The notes below the pieces were generated by a model. It searched no databases, was not told the origin of the DNA, and saw only the letters and a program-made list of their open reading frames with translations. The position numbers and the translations under genes are program-made. This document shows, piece by piece, positions 9,696 to 18,039 of a DNA stretch of 60,668 bases. Numbering within the stretch: the stretch's first letter is position 1; every line of letters starts with the position of its first letter. The stretch covers positions 1 to 60,668 of the forward strand of contig JBFKDW010000008.1 in assembly GCA_041619515.1 (NCBI GenBank), given 5' to 3'. This DNA is from Acidimicrobiia bacterium. Lineage in GTDB: Bacteria; Actinomycetota; Acidimicrobiia; Spongiisociales; SHLN01.

Positions 9696-10138
9696 TGGCC
9701 GGCGAGATCTGGGAGACACCGCCATTCCGGGACGACTATCAGCTGGCAGTGGTCGATCCCACCTACATTCAAGAGGCGGTCCGTCCCAAGCAGTTCCTCC
9801 ACATCAACCAGGCTGAGTGCATCCTGTGCGAGGGCTGCGTGGACATCTGTCCCTGGAAATGCATCCACTACTTGTCGGTCGACGTCATCGAAGAGGCCGT
9901 CAACGTCGCCGACCCGGCCGCCGATGCCGGCAACCTCGGGGTGTTCATCGTCGACGAGGACGAATGTACCCGGTGCGCCCTGTGTATCGATCGATGCCCG
10001 ACGGGTGTGATCACGCTCGGCAAGTTCGCCGGCTCGCTGGCCGACCAGGCCGACCAGCTCGGCCTGCCCGCACCGTGGGAGATCGACACCGGCGATCGGG
10101 ATTTCAAGAACGGCTACGCGTACGGGGTGCGATGGTGA
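9695..10138 (+). CDS. 2x[4Fe-4S] ferredoxin
   Basis: CILCEGCVDICP and CTRCALCIDRCP; ATG at 9695 overlaps the upstream stop; no signal peptide. Confidence 0.92.
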   Translation: MAGEIWETPPFRDDYQLAVVDPTYIQEAVRPKQFLHINQAECILCEGCVDICPWKCIHYLSVDVIEEAVNVADPAADAGNLGVFIVDEDECTRCALCIDRCPTGVITLGKFAGSLADQADQLGLPAPWEIDTGDRDFKNGYAYGVRW

Positions 10139-10150
10139 GAAAGGGCGATC

Positions 10151-10939
10151 TTGGCTAACGGCAATGGGAACGGCAACGGCGGGCTCAGGCTGAAAGAGCG
10201 ACTGTCCGGCGTGGGAACCAAGCTGCGCGACAGTGAGGCATGGGCGAGTATCTTCAGGCCCGGGTCGCCGTTCCGAGCGGGATACTCGGACTCACCGCGC
10301 AACCGGTCGTACGTCATCATGAACAACGTTCTCTATCACCTCCACCCGGTGAAAGTGAAACGCCACGGCGTGCGACTGTCCTACACGCTGTGTCTCGGCG
10401 GCCTGTCGTTCTTCTTGTTCATCCTGCTGACCGTGACGGGCATCTTCCTGATGTTCTATTACACCCCGTCGGCCGAGGCGGCCTACGCCGACGTCCAGGC
10501 GTTGTCGACCAGCGTGACGTTTGGCGGCCTGGTTCGAAACCTCCACCGCTGGGGCGCCCACTTCATGGTCATCACGGTGTTTCTCCACATGAGCAGGGTC
10601 TTCTACCACGGCGCCTACAAGCCACCCAGGGAGTTCAACTGGGTCATCGGCGTGATCCTCCTGCTGCTCACGCTGTTGCTCTCGTTCACCGGATACTTGC
10701 TGCCCTGGGATCAGCTGGCGCTGTGGGCCGTGACCGTCGGTGGCTCGATGGCCGGCTTCACCCCGGTGTTCGGTGACCAGGTGACCTTCGCCCTACTGGG
10801 TGGCGTCGAGATCTCGGGAGCGACGTTGCTCAGGTTCTACGTGCTCCACGTCTTGTTCCTGCCGTTCATCATCGTCATCTTCATGGCCGTGCATTTCTGG
10901 CGGGTTCGCAAGGATGGCGGCATCTCCGGTCCCCTTTAG
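10151..10939 (+). CDS. Cytochrome b6-type (short, 4-helix) cytochrome b of a Rieske/cyt b complex
   Basis: YTLCLGG (heme-ci Cys position), LHRWGAH...[13 protein letters not shown], helix-D H-x14-H and C-terminal GISGPL. Confidence 0.93.
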   Translation: MANGNGNGNGGLRLKERLSGVGTKLRDSEAWASIFRPGSPFRAGYSDSPRNRSYVIMNNVLYHLHPVKVKRHGVRLSYTLCLGGLSFFLFILLTVTGIFLMFYYTPSAEAAYADVQALSTSVTFGGLVRNLHRWGAHFMVITVFLHMSRVFYHGAYKPPREFNWVIGVILLLLTLLLSFTGYLLPWDQLALWAVTVGGSMAGFTPVFGDQVTFALLGGVEISGATLLRFYVLHVLFLPFIIVIFMAVHFWRVRKDGGISGPL

Positions 10940-10954
10940 GCTCGAGGAATCCAT

Positions 10955-12133
10955 ATGGCTGACATCCCAGATCCACTGCTCCGCAGATCGGCCGAGGCGA
11001 GGGCGAGCGCCGAGGGCGTGACCGTCGAGGAGATCCTCGCTCGCTGGCGTGGTGAGGCTCCGGCGGAGGCATCGCCGCCTCCGGCGACGCCCGCCGAGGA
11101 TGCTCCGGCCCCCGCCGCCGCACCTGCGGCTGCTGCCATGTCGACCGAGGAGTACGCCAAGGCGGCCGCCGCAGCCTCCGGCATGCCCGAAAAGCTCATC
11201 ATGCGCTCCGCCCAGGCCAAAGCCAAGGCACAGGGAGTCCCCGTCGAAAGCGTCCTCGCCGAGATGGCCGGCCTCCCCGACCCGGGAGCCGCCCCCGCCC
11301 CGGCCGCAGCAGGCGCCGCCCCCACCGCAGGCGCCGCACCGGTGGCTGCTGCCATGTCGACCGAGGAGTACGCCAAGGCGGCCGCCGCAGCCTCCGGCAT
11401 GCCCGAAAAGCTCCTCATGCGCTCCGCCCAGGCCAAGGCCAAGGCACAGGGAGTCCCCGTCGAAAGCGTCCTCGCCGAGATGGCCGGCCTCCCCGACCCC
11501 GGAGCCGGCCCCCCTCCCCCGGCGCTCGCCCCGACGGGCACCAACGGGACTGCCGCGGCCCCCGCCCCGGCGCCGGCTGCCGTTCCTGCCCCGGCCCCGA
11601 GCGGGCCGCCCGAGGGGGTTCGCACCCAACGTCTCCTCACCGTCGTCCAGGCGAAGGCCATCCAGCAGGTCAAGGCAGAGCCGACCGACAAAGTGAACGT
11701 GTGGCCGCACCTGCTTGCCATCGAGTTCGTCGCCCTGCTGGCGGTGACGGCCGTACTCATCGTGATCTCGGTCATCATCAACGCGCCGCTGCTGGAGGCT
11801 GCCAACTTCAACCTCACCCCGAATCCCTCTAAGGCCCCGTGGTATTTCCTCGGGCTCCAGGAGTTGCTCTCCTACTTCGATCCGATGATCGCCGGGGTGC
11901 TCATTCCCGGGCTCATCGGCCTCGTCGGCCTGATGGCGATCCCCTACATCGATCGGAATCCGTCGGTGCGACCCGCCGACCGCAAGCTGGCCATCATGAT
12001 GTTCACGTTCTTCCTGATGGGTGCCGCCACGCTCGTGATCCTCGGATCGTTCTTCCGGGGGCCGGGTTTCAACTTCACCTACCCCTGGAGCGACGGCGTG
12101 TTCTTCGACGACCTCAAGGACTGGCTGGAATGA
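10955..12133 (+). CDS. Cytochrome b6f subunit IV (PetD-like) with long repeated N-terminal extension
   Basis: [24 protein letters not shown] (PEWY-like) and PYIDRNP; 3 TM segments. Confidence 0.9.
   Translation: MADIPDPLLRRSAEARASAEGVTVEEILARWRGEAPAEASPPPATPAEDAPAPAAAPAAAAMSTEEYAKAAAAASGMPEKLIMRSAQAKAKAQGVPVESVLAEMAGLPDPGAAPAPAAAGAAPTAGAAPVAAAMSTEEYAKAAAAASGMPEKLLMRSAQAKAKAQGVPVESVLAEMAGLPDPGAGPPPPALAPTGTNGTAAAPAPAPAAVPAPAPSGPPEGVRTQRLLTVVQAKAIQQVKAEPTDKVNVWPHLLAIEFVALLAVTAVLIVISVIINAPLLEAANFNLTPNPSKAPWYFLGLQELLSYFDPMIAGVLIPGLIGLVGLMAIPYIDRNPSVRPADRKLAIMMFTFFLMGAATLVILGSFFRGPGFNFTYPWSDGVFFDDLKDWLE
11116..11507 (+). repeat. In-frame near-identical duplication (~175 bp units, period 216 bp) within subunit IV
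   Basis: [20 protein letters not shown](I/L)[30 protein letters not shown] begins at 11138 and again at 11354. Confidence 0.95.
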
Positions 12134-12960
12134 GCGCAGGACAAGCAGCCGCCTTGGGAATTGCCATCGTCGCCGTCCTCTCCTCGGTGGCCATACTCGC
12201 CCTCGCCTGGCGAAGAGAAAGCGAATCTTCATCGATCGGCACGCTCGATCGCGAGGCGAGACGCGCCCGCGTCCGGCGGCCCGTGCTCGGCGCTTCGGGC
12301 GCGGCCGTGCCGGGGGAAGCAGACCGCCCGGTGGAGGCCGCCGCCGTAGCCGTCGGCGAGCCGGCCGAGGCTTCCTCCCGCGTCGTCGAGCTGACCCCCG
12401 CCCAATTCGGCGAAACTCGCCGCCAATTCCTCAACCGCGCCATAGGGGTCTCCTTCGGAGCCTTCCTGGCATTCTTCGGGATCACCTCGCTTGCGTTCCT
12501 GTGGCCGCGGCTCAGAGGCGGCTTCGGCGGCAAGATCGATGCCGGAGCCATCTCCGACATCAAGGAGGCGATCTTCCAGCCCGACGGCTCCATCGAGCCC
12601 TTCTACGTCGCCGAGGCCAAGACCTACGTTGTTCCCTTCAACCAGGGGTTGATCGACGAAACGGACTTCGCAGGTATCGATGTGGTCGTCGAAGGGCTGA
12701 CCGGGCTGTGGCAAAAGTGCGTGCACCTGGGTTGCCGGGTGCCGTGGTGCAATTCCTCGCAGGGCTTCGAGTGCCCCTGTCACGGATCCAAGTACAACGC
12801 GGCGGGTGAATACGAGGCCGGCCCGGCTCCGCGCAATCTCGACCGGTTCACGCTCGAAGCAGTCGAGGGACGGTTGATCATCAACACCGGGGCCGTGCGC
12901 GATACCCCCCGGGCCAAGGTCAAGACCGTGCCGTACCCACAGGGGCCGAACTGCCTGTGA
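12130..12960 (+). CDS. Rieske [2Fe-2S] subunit
   Basis: CVHLGC and CPCHGSKY; internal Tat motif TRRQFL; ATGA overlap with the subunit IV stop. Confidence 0.93.
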   Translation: MSAGQAAALGIAIVAVLSSVAILALAWRRESESSSIGTLDREARRARVRRPVLGASGAAVPGEADRPVEAAAVAVGEPAEASSRVVELTPAQFGETRRQFLNRAIGVSFGAFLAFFGITSLAFLWPRLRGGFGGKIDAGAISDIKEAIFQPDGSIEPFYVAEAKTYVVPFNQGLIDETDFAGIDVVVEGLTGLWQKCVHLGCRVPWCNSSQGFECPCHGSKYNAAGEYEAGPAPRNLDRFTLEAVEGRLIINTGAVRDTPRAKVKTVPYPQGPNCL

Positions 12961-12967
12961 GCGCTCC

Positions 12968-14461
12968 GTGAGCCTCGGACCTTTCGCCGTCATCATTGCG
13001 GTCGTGTTCCTGCTGGGCGGCTTGGCCTACCTCGTGAACAGCGGACGCGGCCCCCGGCCCGGCCGCGAGGTGCCGCCCAACCTGGCCCCCTACCTGACCG
13101 ACGAGGAACTGGAGACCTCCCGGCTCAATCGTACGCTGGTCACCGCCCTGTTCTCCTCGGCGTTCCTTGCCATCGCACTGCCGGTGTACTTCCTCACCGA
13201 GTCGGGCCGCCAGGATGATTTCGTGCACATGTTCGAGGAAGAAGCCATCCACATCGGCGAGGCGATCTACCTCAGGCAGACTCCGGACAACCCAGAGGGT
13301 TTTGGCTGCATCGCCTGTCACGGTGCCGAAGGAGTTGGCGGGGGCGCAACCTATGTCGATCCCCGTACCGGCGCCAGTGTCACCTGGCCGGCCCCGGCCC
13401 TCAACGACGTGCTGTATCGATACGACGAGGAGGAGGTGCGCTACTGGCTCATCTGGGGCCGCCCCGGCAGCCCGATGCCGGCCTGGGGCGTCGAGGCAGG
13501 CGGCCCGCTCAACGATCAGCAACTCGATTTCGTCATCGAGTATCTCCGGTCCATCCAGATTTCCCAGGACGAGGCAATCGGAGAGGTCGACAACCGCGTC
13601 GCCGCGGAACTCGCCAAGCTCGAGGCCGCCCCGGCCACGATCGACACGGCCATTGCCGGCCAGCGGGGTCGCCTGGCCGCCATCGTCAGTGCCCCTGATC
13701 GGCTGGAATGGGCCGAGCGCCTGTTTAGCGATCTGGAGCAAGTGCTCGACGCCGCACCCTCAGGGCTCGATACGGACCTCGACGGTCTGTCGGACGACGA
13801 CGAGATCCAGGTCAACCGCATTTCCGAGCTGGCGTTTGCCAACGTCGGCACCGACGCCACCCCGGCGACGGCCTCCGCCGCAGATTTGCTGGTTCTGCTG
13901 CTCGACCCCGCCAACCCCTTCTCGACCAACGACGACGTGGGAGAACCGATACCAGACGCGATCGCGGCCACCCAATTGCTCGCCGAGCTCGAGAGCCAGG
14001 TCGCCACCTTGTCGCCGATCGCTCTGAATGTCGACACGCTTCGATCCGCCGCCGAAGCGGCCCTTTCCAATCTGGAGGCTGCGCGCGCGGCCGAGCGGTA
14101 CACCGTCGACTTCGAGGCCCTCGCCGAGAGCACGTTCGGGGGCGACATCGAGACGGCGCAACGGGCGTACGGCCTGTACTCGGCCTACTGCGCCCGCTGC
14201 CACACCGCCGGGTATTCCGCAGGACCCGCTGCCACCCTCGCTCCCGGCTCCGGGGCGCTCGGCCCTTCCCTGCGAGAGGGCCGCTCCATCGTTCAGTTCC
14301 CGGACTTCGAAGATCACTACGAGTTCATCGTCGACGGATCCGAGAACGGTCAACCGTATGGTGTGAATGGCATCGGCCGCGGCTGGATGCCGGGGTTCGG
14401 CGCTGTTCTCTCGGAGGCCGACATCCGCCTCATCGTCGAGTTCGAAAGGAGCCTCGATTGA
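12968..14461 (+). CDS. Membrane-anchored di-heme cytochrome c
   Basis: CIACH...PMPAW and CARCH...WMPGF; two N-terminal hydrophobic segments. Confidence 0.9.
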   Translation: MSLGPFAVIIAVVFLLGGLAYLVNSGRGPRPGREVPPNLAPYLTDEELETSRLNRTLVTALFSSAFLAIALPVYFLTESGRQDDFVHMFEEEAIHIGEAIYLRQTPDNPEGFGCIACHGAEGVGGGATYVDPRTGASVTWPAPALNDVLYRYDEEEVRYWLIWGRPGSPMPAWGVEAGGPLNDQQLDFVIEYLRSIQISQDEAIGEVDNRVAAELAKLEAAPATIDTAIAGQRGRLAAIVSAPDRLEWAERLFSDLEQVLDAAPSGLDTDLDGLSDDDEIQVNRISELAFANVGTDATPATASAADLLVLLLDPANPFSTNDDVGEPIPDAIAATQLLAELESQVATLSPIALNVDTLRSAAEAALSNLEAARAAERYTVDFEALAESTFGGDIETAQRAYGLYSAYCARCHTAGYSAGPAATLAPGSGALGPSLREGRSIVQFPDFEDHYEFIVDGSENGQPYGVNGIGRGWMPGFGAVLSEADIRLIVEFERSLD

Positions 14462-14805
14462 TCGACATCACTCTGCCCGAGAGCGTCGTCTTCCGCGGAC
14501 TGTTCGTGACGATCGGGTCGATCATCGTGTTCTACGGGAGCGTCTACCTGCTCGTGTACACCAATCTGGGCAAGAAGCTCGCCTTCCTGATTTCGGGCGC
14601 GGCCCTGTTCGGATGGACATTTCTCAACAGCCTCCTGTTCGTCATCTACGCGCCGCGCGGACCGCGCCCCGCCGTTATCGACGGTCTCAACTTCTTCGAG
14701 GTTCGAGTCACGGCACTCAGCTTCATGCTGGGATCGGCCATTCTGTTCATCATGTTCCTGGTGGCACTCAACCGCCTCGAGACCGCGGATTCCGACACGA
14801 CGTGA
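14458..14805 (+). CDS. Small 3-TM membrane protein (possible accessory subunit)
   Basis: Overlaps the cytochrome c stop; three hydrophobic segments. Confidence 0.75.
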   Translation: MIDITLPESVVFRGLFVTIGSIIVFYGSVYLLVYTNLGKKLAFLISGAALFGWTFLNSLLFVIYAPRGPRPAVIDGLNFFEVRVTALSFMLGSAILFIMFLVALNRLETADSDTT

Positions 14806-14921
14806 CCGCCCTATGCTTTCTGGGTAGTGCACCCCTATCCGGCTTGTGCCGCACCTCGAACGGCCTGTCCCGGCCGTGGCTTCGTCGCCATATCGGATGA
14901 GCGCCGCCTGACCGATCCGGC

Positions 14922-15551
14922 ATGAAGGGCATACCTCCTGCCACAGTGCAACGACTCCCCATCTACCTGCGGTGCCTGGGTGAGTACGGCAAGCAGACGA
15001 TCTCATCCGAGAGCCTGGCCGAGCTGGCGAGAGTCAACTCGGCGAAGGTCCGTAAGGACCTTTCTTTCCTCGGCTCGTACGGAACACGGGGCGTCGGCTA
15101 CGACGTCGACCACCTCGTCTATCAAATCGGCCGCGAGCTGGGATTGACCAAGGACTGGGCGGTGTGCATCGTCGGGATGGGGAACCTCGGCCGGGCACTC
15201 TCCAAGTACCGCGGATTCGGTGAGCGCGGATTCGCCGTGCTCGGCCTGTTCGACATCGATCCCGCCAAGATAGGCAAGAAGGTCGCGGGCAGGGTGATCG
15301 AGCCTCTGAGCGCTCTGAGCGACGCAGTCAGGGACCGCCAGCTCTCGATCGGCGTGATCACAACACCGGCCAATGCCGCCCAGGAGGTAGCCGACATCAT
15401 GGTGCAAGCCGGCATCACCTCGATCCTCAACTTCGCGCCGACCGTCCTGTCGAAACCCGACCACGTCGACGTGCGTCGCGTCGATCTCTCCACCGAGCTT
15501 CAAATCTGCAGCTTCTACCTGGCGAGAGCTTCCGGAAAGCGGGCCAGCTGA
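14922..15551 (+). CDS. rex: Redox-sensing transcriptional repressor Rex
   Basis: IPPATVQRLPIYLR, VRKDLSFLGSYGTRGVGY, GMGNLG and ILNFAP. Confidence 0.97.
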   Translation: MKGIPPATVQRLPIYLRCLGEYGKQTISSESLAELARVNSAKVRKDLSFLGSYGTRGVGYDVDHLVYQIGRELGLTKDWAVCIVGMGNLGRALSKYRGFGERGFAVLGLFDIDPAKIGKKVAGRVIEPLSALSDAVRDRQLSIGVITTPANAAQEVADIMVQAGITSILNFAPTVLSKPDHVDVRRVDLSTELQICSFYLARASGKRAS

Positions 15552-15595
15552 CACGCCTGGCCATACCCTCTACGCTGGGTGCAACGGAAGGTTTG

Positions 15596-15862
15596 ATGAT
15601 GGTCGATAGCCTCTACGTCGAGCTCATCACGAAGGACAACTGTCCCCTCTGCGAGGCGGGAGCCGAGACCCTGAATCGAGCAACCTCAAAGCTCGGCATC
15701 GAGGTGCGCGAGGTCGACATCTTCGATGACGACGACATCTACGACGAGTACTCGACGCGGGTTCCCGTCGTCCTCGCTCCCAACGGTTCGGTCATCGACG
15801 AGGGCAAGCTGTCCCAGGCCAAGCTGACACCGGCGCTCTTGCGGCTGAAGGTCAGCGGCTGA
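15596..15862 (+). CDS. Glutaredoxin-like protein (DUF836-type)
   Basis: CPLC and RVPVV; usual neighbour of rex in actinobacteria; start uncertain. Confidence 0.82.
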   Translation: MMVDSLYVELITKDNCPLCEAGAETLNRATSKLGIEVREVDIFDDDDIYDEYSTRVPVVLAPNGSVIDEGKLSQAKLTPALLRLKVSG

Positions 15863-15911
15863 GGAAACCTCGGGGATTGCACGATCCCGGGCGCCGGTAG
15901 CCTTCCTACCA

Positions 15912-15998
15912 ATGCGTCCCGTCACCACCATCGTCGTCGTCGTGCTGCTGGTGATCATCGTCGTGGCGGCGCTCATCAAGATCATCCAGGTCTTTTGA
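15912..15998 (+). CDS. 28-aa single-TM peptide (MRPVTTIVVVVLLVIIVVAALIKIIQVF)
   Basis: GC3-rich codons, clean TM helix, TAGCCT -10-like hexamer just upstream. Confidence 0.6.
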   Translation: MRPVTTIVVVVLLVIIVVAALIKIIQVF

Positions 15999-16791
15999 GC
16001 ACCACCTGATGACCCTCAGTCAGGTTGAGGCGCTCGGCGGCACTGCCCTCACGGATCGCGATCGCCAGCAAACCGTATGAGTCGACGTGCGCCAGCGGCT
16101 GCCCCGGCTCGACGTCTCCGTAGGCGGACACCCACGGCACTTCATGCTCCGTCGCACCGACGCCCAGCACCAGATCCTCGCCCGGGGCAGCTCCGAGGCC
16201 GGCCAGGTCATCCGGTGAGATGTTGGTTTGACAGTTGCCGAACCCATCCAGCCACCAAACCTCGCCTCGCACTCCCGAGCCCTCCGGCTCGACCAGAGGC
16301 AGCAGCAGCGGCGTGAGCGAGTCGTTGGCGAGGGTGGATCCGAGGTCGCCGATCTCAGCCTGTCCGGAAGCCAGCACCGCAGCCGCCGGGGCAAAGACAT
16401 CGCGGCCGTCGAACGTGCTCCCACCCAGGGAGGGAATCCGAAACCGTTCATCCTCCAGGGTGACCACCGCCGAGGCGCCTCCCACCATCGCAACTGCCGG
16501 TGCCAGCACGCCGTTGTCCGGCCCGACGAAGTGCCCCCACGGGGTCTCGGCAGCTATCGGGCGGCGCCCCGTGCCAACGCCGGGGTCGACGACGACCAGG
16601 GCCACCCCCTCCGGGAGGTACTGGACGGCCCGCAGGAGGGCCAGCGCGCCCGCACGCACGTTTCCCCGGTCGATGCCGTGGGTGACGTCGATGACCCGCA
16701 GTCGAGGCTCGATGCGAGCCACCACCCCGTGGACCACCCCGACGAACTCATCGGTGAGCCCGAAATCGGAGAGGAACGAGATGGGATGCAC
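15982..16791 (-). CDS. SAM hydroxide adenosyltransferase / SAM-dependent halogenase family (DUF62)
   Basis: LSDFG, VVDPGVGTGRR, GPDNG, TFDGRDVF and DGFGN. Confidence 0.9.
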   Translation of the reverse strand: MHPISFLSDFGLTDEFVGVVHGVVARIEPRLRVIDVTHGIDRGNVRAGALALLRAVQYLPEGVALVVVDPGVGTGRRPIAAETPWGHFVGPDNGVLAPAVAMVGGASAVVTLEDERFRIPSLGGSTFDGRDVFAPAAAVLASGQAEIGDLGSTLANDSLTPLLLPLVEPEGSGVRGEVWWLDGFGNCQTNISPDDLAGLGAAPGEDLVLGVGATEHEVPWVSAYGDVEPGQPLAHVDSYGLLAIAIREGSAAERLNLTEGHQVVLKRPG

Positions 16792-16841
16792 GGGGAGAGC
16801 CTAGGTTGCTCCTCCTAGGAGAAAGGTTTCCACCCCGGTTC

Positions 16842-17423
16842 TCAGTTCGTGAAGGCCGAATCGAAGGCGCTGCGCAGCTCGGGCGTCGATTGCCCGCTGT
16901 AGCCGCAGTAACCGACCACGCCATCGGTCGCGGTAATGAGGTACTGGTTGCCGGCGACGAAGTCGATCCCACCGATGAGGGCGACCAAGCCGCCGGGGGC
17001 GGTCAGCGACACCGTGGCTGCGTCGCCTCCCCGGTACCAGCGATCCACGTCCAACGCAACGGTCTCCCCGTCGACCGACGAGACGGTGCCTTCGAAAGCC
17101 ACCTCGGCCTGGGCCAGGATGGCGACGTCGAACTCGATGCACATCGCCATTCCCGGCCCCTCACCGAGCGACAGCTCGAGCGGAGGGCCGGCCAGCGCCT
17201 CTGGTGAGGAATCCCGAATAAGGGCCGGGACGGCGACTGCCAGGACGACAACCGCGGCGGCAGTGGCCAGCGCCAGGGAGCGGCGGGTGGGTCGATTGCG
17301 GGTCGGCAGGGGCGAAGAGCTTGTCATGATGTCCTCCAGACGGGCCGAAATCGGCGCTTCAACGGGCACACCTGGATGCATCGGATCGAGTTTGCGAATC
17401 TGCCCACGCAGCTGGTCGTTCAC
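16842..17423 (-). CDS. Putative anti-sigma factor (single TM, extracellular Cys-pair domain)
   Basis: GTG overlaps the sigma-factor stop; TM after RPTRR; MC...YCG. Confidence 0.7.
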   Translation of the reverse strand: MNDQLRGQIRKLDPMHPGVPVEAPISARLEDIMTSSSPLPTRNRPTRRSLALATAAAVVVLAVAVPALIRDSSPEALAGPPLELSLGEGPGMAMCIEFDVAILAQAEVAFEGTVSSVDGETVALDVDRWYRGGDAATVSLTAPGGLVALIGGIDFVAGNQYLITATDGVVGYCGYSGQSTPELRSAFDSAFTN

Positions 17424-17959
17424 GGCGATGCTCCGGTGTCTTTGAGCCCTTTGTGTCCGGCACCGGCCCCGCTCTGTCGGGCAATGTGCTGTGCGAGCTT
17501 TTTCTTGGCACGGGAGAGACGCAAGCTGACTGCATTCGGAGTGGCCCCCACCACCGCCGCGATCTCGTGGGGCTCGAGCCCCTCCCAGGCCCACAATCGG
17601 ATGAGCTCCCGGTCCCGGTCGGGGAGGGCGGCAAGCGCCGACACCAGCTCGGGATACTCGTGCGCTCCGGCTTCGTCGTACCGTGCCGCACGTTGTGTCT
17701 CCAGTCGACGGGTCAGCTGTGTCCGGCGCCGGGTGCTCCGGCGTCGATTGGCCAGGGAGCGCCGGGCCACGCCGTAGCACCACGGCAGCGGGCTCCGGTC
17801 CGGCACGTCGTCGAGCCGGCGCCAGAGCACGAGGAGCACGTCGCCGAGCACTTCCTCGGCGTCACCCGGCGAGGCGCGTCTGGCCAGGTAACGAGCAAGC
17901 GGGTCGTGCACTTCGGCCACGAGCGCTTCGAATCGATCCCGCGGCTCATCGTGTCTCAT
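17420..17959 (-). CDS. ECF sigma-70 factor
   Basis: Region 2 (DAEEVLGDVLLVLWRR, WCYGVARR) and region 4 HTH (EGLEPHEIAAVVG..PNAVSLRLSRA). Confidence 0.93.
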   Translation of the reverse strand: MRHDEPRDRFEALVAEVHDPLARYLARRASPGDAEEVLGDVLLVLWRRLDDVPDRSPLPWCYGVARRSLANRRRSTRRRTQLTRRLETQRAARYDEAGAHEYPELVSALAALPDRDRELIRLWAWEGLEPHEIAAVVGATPNAVSLRLSRAKKKLAQHIARQSGAGAGHKGLKDTGASP

Positions 17960-17969
17960 GTCCGGATCT

Positions 17970-17996
17970 GACGCCGATCATCGTCCGCCGGTTCCC
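17970..17996 (-). promoter_or_regulatory. ECF-type autoregulatory promoter
   Basis: GGAACC-N16-CGTC just upstream of the sigma ATG. Confidence 0.6.
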
Positions 17997-18039
17997 AACG
18001 CTGCGCACTACCCCGCACCCGCCCGAAGGTCCGCGCGGG

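Noticed and set aside
14844..14861. Possible Rex operator upstream of rex (TTGTGCCGCACCTCGAAC), and half-sites near 8526
   Set aside because: Only one half resembles TTGTGAA-N4-TTCACAA; no convincing palindrome was found.
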